Assembly: GCA_963713605.1 (NCBI GenBank)
Contig: CAVQMO010000001.1
Coordinates: 544,001-608,000, forward strand
Direction of reading: 5' to 3'
DNA: 64,000 nucleotides
From: an uncultured Nitrososphaerales archaeon
GTDB taxonomy: Archaea > Thermoproteota > Nitrososphaeria > Nitrososphaerales > Nitrososphaeraceae
Of the stretch, positions 56,906-64,000 are shown in pieces; position 1 is the stretch's first letter; the number at the start of each line of letters is the position of its first letter. A program made the position numbers and the translations under genes. The notes below the pieces were generated by a model that saw nothing but the letters and a program-made list of their open reading frames with translations, ran no database searches and had not been told where the DNA came from.

Positions 56906-58600
56906 TTAACTGGACGTCATAGGCTCAAACGCGATCAATGAACCCTCGCCGCTTGTAGATGATTGTGCGGGGTTAGAGACTAATTTACCTGTGGGTACAA
57001 AAAGTAGACCATTAGCAACAGATGGCCCAACCGGAGCTATAGGTGCATCCACATTATACTCCCATAATTTGCTTCCATTCTGTTTGTCTAGAGCCAGAAT
57101 TGTCCCTAATTTTGTTTGTCCTTCGTATGGAATATAACCAGTAAATAGTAAATCATTAGTAACCAGAGGCGACACTCTAGGCGGAAACTCTGTGTCGAAT
57201 TTCCATCTAGTTTTACCGGTAAGGATATCAATCGCATATATGGTCCCATTCTTTAGTCCTTGCTCGATCGTATCCGGAGCTGCTTTCTTATGGCCACTCA
57301 AACCATCGGTAAAGAATTCTAAACCGCGATTTGTGGCAGTAATGTAGAGTGTATTATTATTGTCCACAGCATGATAATTATAAACACCATATGCCCAAAT
57401 GAGGCCGGTACCGTTTGGTGAAGGGATTTTATTGATGTTGATTGGGTTTCCCAATGTCTTCCACCATATTTCGTCACCGGTTTTGCCATCCATCGCGATT
57501 AAATTACCCATCTTATCATGTCCTATCACGATCTTCTTTTGAGTTCCATTTTGCAGCGAAATCTTACTAATGCTGCTACCCCATGAGGTATCCCAATCGT
57601 GAGTATCTGGAACTCTAACATTATTTAGGACAGTACCATGTGCTATAAACGGTGTAGCCCATATTATCTCCCCCGAAGTAACGTTCACAGCTATCATGTG
57701 ATTAGAATAGAGGTTTGGAGTTTGCCTCGTTGAAGCGTTAAAGTTCGGTGAAGCGCTTCCTAATGGAAAATATAAAATTCCTTCTTCTGGATCAAATGAA
57801 CCTCCAGACCATGCCGTTGCCCCTCCATTTGGCGGAGTCTTCCCCTTTTCAACCCATTCACCCGTGGTTGTTTCAAGATTCCACAGTATACTGCCATCAG
57901 TACGGTTAAGAGCCGTAACGTTACCTTTTACATAACCAAGGCCCGGTGGCAATCCACTGCCCCCTGACCCAGCGATTACATAACTCTTCCATACAATAGG
58001 AAAGGAATCTATACTATAACCCAATGAGGTATTACCAAGAGTTTCAGATTCCCATTCCTTACTACCATCTGTTGAGTTAATTGCAACAACAGTGCCCTTT
58101 GAAGCAGTGCTAGAAAAGATTAATCCATTGTCATAACTTAGCCCCATTGTCGGCCCATGACCAACACGGACATTCCAAATGACGCGTCCGTCCTGTATAT
58201 TAAATGCAAAAACATTTCCAGCATAATCTTGAACGTAACCAGTGTTGTTAACAATTATAGGGGGATCCTGTACTTCAAAATTATTTACGATCTGCCATTT
58301 GACTCCTAACGAATCCACATTCGTCTTATTGATAATTGTTTGACTGCTACTCCTTGTACCATACAAATCATGATTAACTGTCGACCACCAGTCATCATTA
58401 CTGTTTGATGCATTGTTACCAGTTACTGTAGTAGCATATACTATCATGACATAAGATGATAGCGAATTAGGGAATTTGCTCTCGGATACGTAATAATCAA
58501 AAATTGGATTTGACGCATGAATCGTAATGAAAACCAGAACTGAAAAAATGCACAAGTAAACAAATGAACATTTTGATTCACAAAATTCTATGGTCTTCAC
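56906..58600 (-). CDS. PQQ-binding beta-propeller protein (alcohol dehydrogenase-like)
   Basis: Minus strand (revcomp GTG AAG ACC); repeated A.D..G...W blades, GGATAW, HDWD. Confidence 0.88.
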   Translation of the reverse strand: MKTIEFCESKCSFVYLCIFSVLVFITIHASNPIFDYYVSESKFPNSLSSYVMIVYATTVTGNNASNSNDDWWSTVNHDLYGTRSSSQTIINKTNVDSLGVKWQIVNNFEVQDPPIIVNNTGYVQDYAGNVFAFNIQDGRVIWNVRVGHGPTMGLSYDNGLIFSSTASKGTVVAINSTDGSKEWESETLGNTSLGYSIDSFPIVWKSYVIAGSGGSGLPPGLGYVKGNVTALNRTDGSILWNLETTTGEWVEKGKTPPNGGATAWSGGSFDPEEGILYFPLGSASPNFNASTRQTPNLYSNHMIAVNVTSGEIIWATPFIAHGTVLNNVRVPDTHDWDTSWGSSISKISLQNGTQKKIVIGHDKMGNLIAMDGKTGDEIWWKTLGNPININKIPSPNGTGLIWAYGVYNYHAVDNNNTLYITATNRGLEFFTDGLSGHKKAAPDTIEQGLKNGTIYAIDILTGKTRWKFDTEFPPRVSPLVTNDLLFTGYIPYEGQTKLGTILALDKQNGSKLWEYNVDAPIAPVGPSVANGLLFVPTGKLVSNPAQSSTSGEGSLIAFEPMTSS

Positions 58601-59548
58601 CGATAATCGAATTCGTTGATAGACTATTATACTTTATATGTTTATTCCTATAGTTCTCACGGGCGAATTCTGAAAAGATTCCTACCATTATCGAAATACA
58701 GGAATGCATCTAGCTTAAAAGTAAAAATGTTGTACATCCTGTATCGTTGAGTAATCATCGTTATCTTTGAGCTTTTGGTTTCATGCACGTACACTTGAAA
58801 AATTAGCATATGGATCGATTTCAGATATCTGTCGTGAAGTAGTTTCAGGTGGACACGATAAAATATGTATTGTTGTTTTGTACATGCCACTGAGTCAATG
58901 CCTTGTGATAGATAGGCATGTGGACCTGGTTTCATCACGCTATCACGTATGTTGCACGAGCAACATCGCCGCTGTATTAGTGTCTCCTATTATTCGAAGT
59001 GCGCTAACCACATGTTAGAAACGCATCGTGTTAAACAGGGATTCAGATTTTAAGCTATCTTGAATTCAATAGGGCGTTCTATTGTGCATTGACAGGAATG
59101 GAGATCATATGTGCCTACGAAATTTGAATACTATGGGAAAGAATGATGCCACAAATATAGAATTGTTTATAGTTAGGTTGCTGTCGGATTGTCTAATGGC
59201 TCGATCGAGATTTCCCATGCACGATTAGCATTGAAGCAGTGATTACGTATATTTGATTTGCCCAAATGCTGTCTCTAATCTTCTGTACACTCGCCGACAC
59301 CACTACCTCTTTTGAGGTCGAGAGATAGCTATATCCCGCAGGGTGTAGTCATAGACCTCTAGTAGTTAAAGATGCGAGAAACATGCCGCATATTACTAAA
59401 TCTTTAATAGATCTTAGTCCTTGCCATCGCTGTCGAGCTATATAGGTTTTATTTGCTCAAAATTTGTCGAGGTCTGCCAATCTTTCACCGGTTTTTATAC
59501 TAGTGACACCCAAAAAACTATAAAGTGTTTGCAATAAGATATTAAGGG

Positions 59549-59875
59549 ATGAAGAAAGAATTTATAGTCTCACGTATCGAAGCAACCCAAGACGGTAGTC
59601 CTTACATATATCTAAGCTTTAGCGATCCTTCTTCTGCTAATGAAAGCAGACATCGATCTCCACAGAGTCCTTTTGGTGCTCATGCATTTGCATTCACCTC
59701 TCCAGAAGACATGATGAAGAATTTACCTAAGGCATTTTCAAATATGATGGGGGGCATGGGGCTTTCTGAATCTCCTACCCTAAAGTTAAGTATGAGGGAG
59801 GACGAGGACATGGGTCTAAAGGTAGGAGATAGGGTTACTCTAGAGATTAAGAAGGTTGATAATGTAGGGATATAA
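59549..59875 (+). CDS. Conserved hypothetical protein (possibly arcadin-1-like)
   Basis: Good TATA/start context; beta-rich ends, LKVGDRVTLEI. Confidence 0.65.
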   Translation: MKKEFIVSRIEATQDGSPYIYLSFSDPSSANESRHRSPQSPFGAHAFAFTSPEDMMKNLPKAFSNMMGGMGLSESPTLKLSMREDEDMGLKVGDRVTLEIKKVDNVGI

Positions 59876-60158
59876 CTAAATCTTGGACGGACGGATGTCA
59901 GCTATGTATCTCTACTAATATTTTTGAATCCGTTAATAATTACCCTTTGCTGATTTGAAGGCATCTTGCTGTTGTATGTTATTAAATAATTAGGTTAGAA
60001 TTTTAGTCTCCTTCATATCATGGTCTACTTCGCCAACTAGTTGACCAGTTGCTTCTATTCATCGGAAATAACCTAAAAAGTCAGTTCGGTTTACGGTGTG
60101 GTACTTTGTAGACCGAAAGTTAATCTAAGAAAAGAGAGCTTGACATAGAACAATAAAT

Positions 60159-61460
60159 ATGTCAGATGCTTTGGGGATTATGGGGCTTACACCAATTGTG
60201 GCATTCTTTTTTACCTTCATACTTTTTCCTCTGGGTCTAAATTCGGCCTTCGCTCAAGGGCAGCTTAGCGATCCGAGTCTCAAAATTCAAACTATGGTAG
60301 ATGGATTATCTTCCCCAACCAGTTTGGCGTTTCTTGACAATAACAACATCTTATTTCTAGAGAAGGAAGGGAATGTCAGATTGATTTCAAACGGAGTTTT
60401 GCAACCAGAACCGGTGTTACACATTGAACAAGTTGAGAGCAACAACGAGCGGGGCTTATTAGGGATTGCTTACGATGGTAATAGAGTATACCTTTTCGTC
60501 ACTGAAAGCGGCGCCCAAGTGGAGGGAGTCTCTACAGAAGGCGAAGTCAGGAACAGGGTTTATAGCTACGCCTGGGACGGATCCTCTCTAATTGACCCGC
60601 AGTTGCTTCTGGATCTTCCGGCTACACCAGGCACAAATCATCAAGGAGGAAAGCTCAAGGTTGGCCCAGACAAGCAACTATATGTCGTAGTTGGAGAGAT
60701 GCAAAGAGAAGGGCAGCTTCAAAACTTCCAAAACGGCCCGTCACCAGATGATACTGGCGTAATACTTAAAGTAAATCCCCTTGATGGATCTGCCTCTGCG
60801 AATAATCCGTTGGTCGCTAGCGGCGAGGAGGCTGGTAGATATTATGCCTATGGTATTAGAAACAGTTACGGATTTGATTTTGACCCTTTGACGGGGAAAC
60901 TCTGGGACGCAGAGAATGGTGAGGATGTATACGATGAAATTAATCTGGTTGAGCCTGGATTTAATAGTGGTTGGAAATCAGTCATGGGGCCGATGAGTAC
61001 TAACCCCGGCGTGTCTCAATCTGATTTAGTTAATATTCCAGGCTCATATTATGCTGACCCTGTCTTTAGCTGGGCTGAATCACGAGGAATAACTGACATT
61101 GAATTTCTAAATTCAACAGCATTTGGCTCAAAATATGAAAATGGAATTTTTGTAGGAGATATAACTTCAGGGACGCTTTACTATTTCCAGCCTAACGCCG
61201 ATAGAACAGGAATTAGCTTGGAAAATGATCCGCTATTGAGCGATTTGGTTGCAGACAGCGATGATGAGATGTCAGGCATAACACTTGGAACTGGCTTTGC
61301 AGGGATTGTCGAAATAGAAACTAGTCCTGATGGCAATTTGCACATGCTGACATACGATCGGGAAAATGCAGGTCAGGGAAGTCTCCTGAAAATAATTCCA
61401 TCCTCCCTGTCTCAAAGTGATTCCTCGTTTCAAGATGAAACTGGCGAACAAGGAGATTGA
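60159..61460 (+). CDS. PQQ-dependent glucose/sorbosone dehydrogenase
   Basis: ERGLLGIA, HQGGKL, YGIRNSYG, DEINLVEPGFNSGW. Confidence 0.9.
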   Translation: MSDALGIMGLTPIVAFFFTFILFPLGLNSAFAQGQLSDPSLKIQTMVDGLSSPTSLAFLDNNNILFLEKEGNVRLISNGVLQPEPVLHIEQVESNNERGLLGIAYDGNRVYLFVTESGAQVEGVSTEGEVRNRVYSYAWDGSSLIDPQLLLDLPATPGTNHQGGKLKVGPDKQLYVVVGEMQREGQLQNFQNGPSPDDTGVILKVNPLDGSASANNPLVASGEEAGRYYAYGIRNSYGFDFDPLTGKLWDAENGEDVYDEINLVEPGFNSGWKSVMGPMSTNPGVSQSDLVNIPGSYYADPVFSWAESRGITDIEFLNSTAFGSKYENGIFVGDITSGTLYYFQPNADRTGISLENDPLLSDLVADSDDEMSGITLGTGFAGIVEIETSPDGNLHMLTYDRENAGQGSLLKIIPSSLSQSDSSFQDETGEQGD

Positions 61461-61787
61461 TCAATTGAAGGTAATACCTTCGGGTCGGGTATGAACAACA
61501 CAACCCCAGAGGATTAGCAATGAACGAAGTAATGAATTAAGTCATTAAGGTGGAATTGAATTAAAACGAAGAATAGGAGACAACTAAAATTCATATTGGA
61601 ATAATAAAGCAATTCAGGTACAAATGGCTAAGATGAACAGGATTAGGTGCTGCGCCTTGGCCAAAGGAGATAAATGGAGTCCCAAATACCGTAATCACTC
61701 GGTGAATTCAACATACTAGGTTCTACTACGCTGGGACTATGAAAGCCTTTAAGGCTTCAAATAATATATTCTGTTGATAAGCAAGAA

Positions 61788-62297
61788 ATGGACACTTTCG
61801 AATGCATAATATCCAAACTCGAAGTAAGGGAATTTATGAGGAAAGAAGTTGGATCAGAAATAAAGCAAAGAATTCTAGAATCTGCTAGACAAACAGGTTC
61901 CGGTTTGAATTTGCAACACTGGCGCTTCATCCTCGTTGAGGACAAAAAGAATCTGAGTAAGCTTGCCCTGGACAGCACCAGTGGAGGATGGATCGCAGGA
62001 GCAGATTTTGCAATAATAGTTCTGACGGATCCAACACTACACTTTCATTTAATCGATGCGGGCAGAGTAGCTCAAAACATGCAACTAACTGCATGGAATG
62101 AGGGGGTAGGGTCCGGGCTGTACACAGGAATAAAGGAAAGTAATCTTCGAAACGACTTTAAGTTCCCAAATCATTTGACTCCTTCGGTTATCTTAGGTTT
62201 CGGATATCCCATTAAGGCGTCAATCGGTAAGAAAAAGAATCGCCTCCCCCTTATCCAATTAGTCTACAGGGAAGTATATGGTTCTAACCAAGAGTAA
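61788..62297 (+). CDS. Nitroreductase family protein
   Basis: VREF, SGLNLQHWRF, DAGRVAQNMQL.A..GVGS, FGYP. Confidence 0.9.
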   Translation: MDTFECIISKLEVREFMRKEVGSEIKQRILESARQTGSGLNLQHWRFILVEDKKNLSKLALDSTSGGWIAGADFAIIVLTDPTLHFHLIDAGRVAQNMQLTAWNEGVGSGLYTGIKESNLRNDFKFPNHLTPSVILGFGYPIKASIGKKKNRLPLIQLVYREVYGSNQE

Positions 62298-62689
62298 TTT
62301 GAAACACATTTGAACCATTTGAGGTCTAGGATTTTTTCTCAATTATCAATTGTTTCGACTAAAATGCTAACTTTTGTACAGTGGCTTTCTTCTTACCTGG
62401 ATGAATGCGTTGCCGACAGCTAGAATCATCTATCTTAAGGTTCAGCTTCTTACAAACCTGATACTTAGAATCGAATGTAATAGTCATAAAATGTAATAAT
62501 ATCAGGGGCACTGTCAGGTCCTATCGAATACGGTCTTTGAGAAATAGACAGAATGACTAACTCTAACTTTAAAGTCATCAGGTATCATTAGCCTACTCTT
62601 TTTTGACTAATTACGATCGCAATACCACCTTTAGGAACATCTTAATAGAAAACAACGAAAGTGATAGATTTCTGAGCCCACGTAAAACT

Positions 62690-63139
62690 CTAGATACTCT
62701 CCGAATTGGCAGATTTACTAGACATTGCTGACGAGATTCGATTGAGCAGATGTTTTTGGTTAAAATGAGAGACAAAATCGAACTTCAAATCTTCAAATCT
62801 CTGGTTGTCAGTTACGATGTATTTGTGCAACTTATTTCCATATGTACAGAAGGTAAAGCTTTGAGAATACTCCCAACATTTCGGACACCGTAAGCCCCTA
62901 TTTCGGAAGCCATGAGCCTCCCCAACTATACAGTTTTTTGCATCCTGGATATCTAGGTTGGGATTATTCGAGCATCCTAGTCGTAGCGCAAGGGACCATT
63001 GTGGACAAATCTCCTCAAATGAAAGAAATTCACTATGTATCCGAATGAACACTTTGTCCACGTTCTGCATTCTCTTCCCACTACTGAAAGGCCGTATAGC
63101 CATTTGTTTCTGCAACCCCAAATTATACGAATAGGTCAT
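62690..63139 (-). CDS. Hypothetical Cys/His-containing protein
   Basis: CPQW..CIVGEAHGF..CPKC..HFNQKH. Confidence 0.55.
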   Translation of the reverse strand: MTYSYNLGLQKQMAIRPFSSGKRMQNVDKVFIRIHSEFLSFEEICPQWSLALRLGCSNNPNLDIQDAKNCIVGEAHGFRNRGLRCPKCWEYSQSFTFCTYGNKLHKYIVTDNQRFEDLKFDFVSHFNQKHLLNRISSAMSSKSANSESI

Positions 63140-63749
63140 TATTATGTTTTCTTAAGAGACACTCGATCTGATAATGAAATGTAATATTAGTCCCAAAAGA
63201 TTGAAAGAATTAGCAAATACCAGTTACTGTCATGTAAAACATGATATTCAATTGGATACACATATGCGTCACTAAGATAACACCAAAGACAGGTTGAGAC
63301 CAAAACGTAAATCTATTTCTACAAAGTATATGGAAACTCGGTTAAGTCAAACTATTTTATCGATTGAACAGGAACTTTCAAATTACCATCAGCAGCAAAC
63401 TAGTCCATTGCTCAATCGACAGATATACAATAATAAACATGATGAAGTTCTCTTGAATGAGTAACGCTAATATGTCAGGTTCAACCTTCATATGTTTGAA
63501 TATTTCTAGAGAATAGAGATGTATTTAGTAAACCTTGAATATGTAGTTGCTGAAGTCTGAAATGTAGATAAAGATTTTAATTTACTTTTTATTATTAAAT
63601 ACCTCGTTCTTTATTGGATTGGGATATAGTTTAATTTTCAAGCGAATGGTCAACCGTCCACGAATCCTAATCAATCTCAAATAATTAAAATGGCAATTTT
63701 CGAGTTAGAATTTAATATAAACCACAATCAATGCGAAAAGATGGTTGAA

Positions 63750-63983
63750 TTATTCGAAAATTGATCTGACATCACCCTCAAGGACACCTGCATCAAATTC
63801 ATTGTGAAATCTGTCCATATGTTTTGAAAGGCCTTCGGTGGTATCAAATGGCGACTGACAGTATGGACATAGGTAATTTACCTTACTCTTATCTTTGATA
63901 TATGTGACAGATTTCGAATTCACAATGCATACCGGGGTTCCACTAATTGCCAAGTTTTCGGTCGAAAGGGAAATCTCCTCCAT
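63750..63983 (-). CDS. C2H2 zinc-finger small protein
   Basis: CPYC..F...LSKHMDRFH. Confidence 0.7.
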   Translation of the reverse strand: MEEISLSTENLAISGTPVCIVNSKSVTYIKDKSKVNYLCPYCQSPFDTTEGLSKHMDRFHNEFDAGVLEGDVRSIFE

Positions 63984-64000
63984 CTTCCTGTAAATCTGCT

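Noticed and set aside
56906..58600. ORF track lists this ORF as + strand
   Set aside because: The start GTG AAG ACC ATA is on the reverse complement at 58600; minus strand.

Overview
Archaeal sequence, most likely a soil Nitrososphaera-like thaumarchaeote. The basis is the archaeal ribosomal proteins, an ESCRT-III/CdvB paralogue and many thaumarchaeal-type small proteins. (1) 1-6.9 kb is the conserved end of the spc-type operon: larB-like fragment, rpl18, rps5, rpl30, rpl15, secY, adk, EMC3/TMCO1-like and cmk. Several of these essential genes carry single-base indels, so the assembly probably has indel errors. (2) An intron-containing tRNA-Lys(CTT) at 7042-7134 is followed by a broken tyrosine integrase and a ~30 kb accessory island (~7.1-37.4 kb). 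Cargo: an MFS transporter, an arsM-arsC-aquaporin cluster, three secreted alpha/beta-hydrolase paralogues, Q/P-rich secreted proteins, a LamG+sugar dehydrogenase, a GC-rich bacterial phosphoesterase fragment, and many small Zn-finger, RHH and wHTH ORFs. Main observation: a dozen or more co-oriented, variably decayed copies of one sequence sit between these genes. It encodes the C-terminus of a putative terminase large subunit (..LDK..TSHDD.hD(A/S)FR(L/M)SLQFWH*), which suggests a cassette-like array. (3) ~38-64 kb looks like ordinary chromosome: ALDH pseudogene, AKR, SDR, VOC, CdvB, PQQ proteins and a nitroreductase. Three long ORFs in the supplied track (17423-18547, 28165-29448, 56906-58600) are on the minus strand, not plus.
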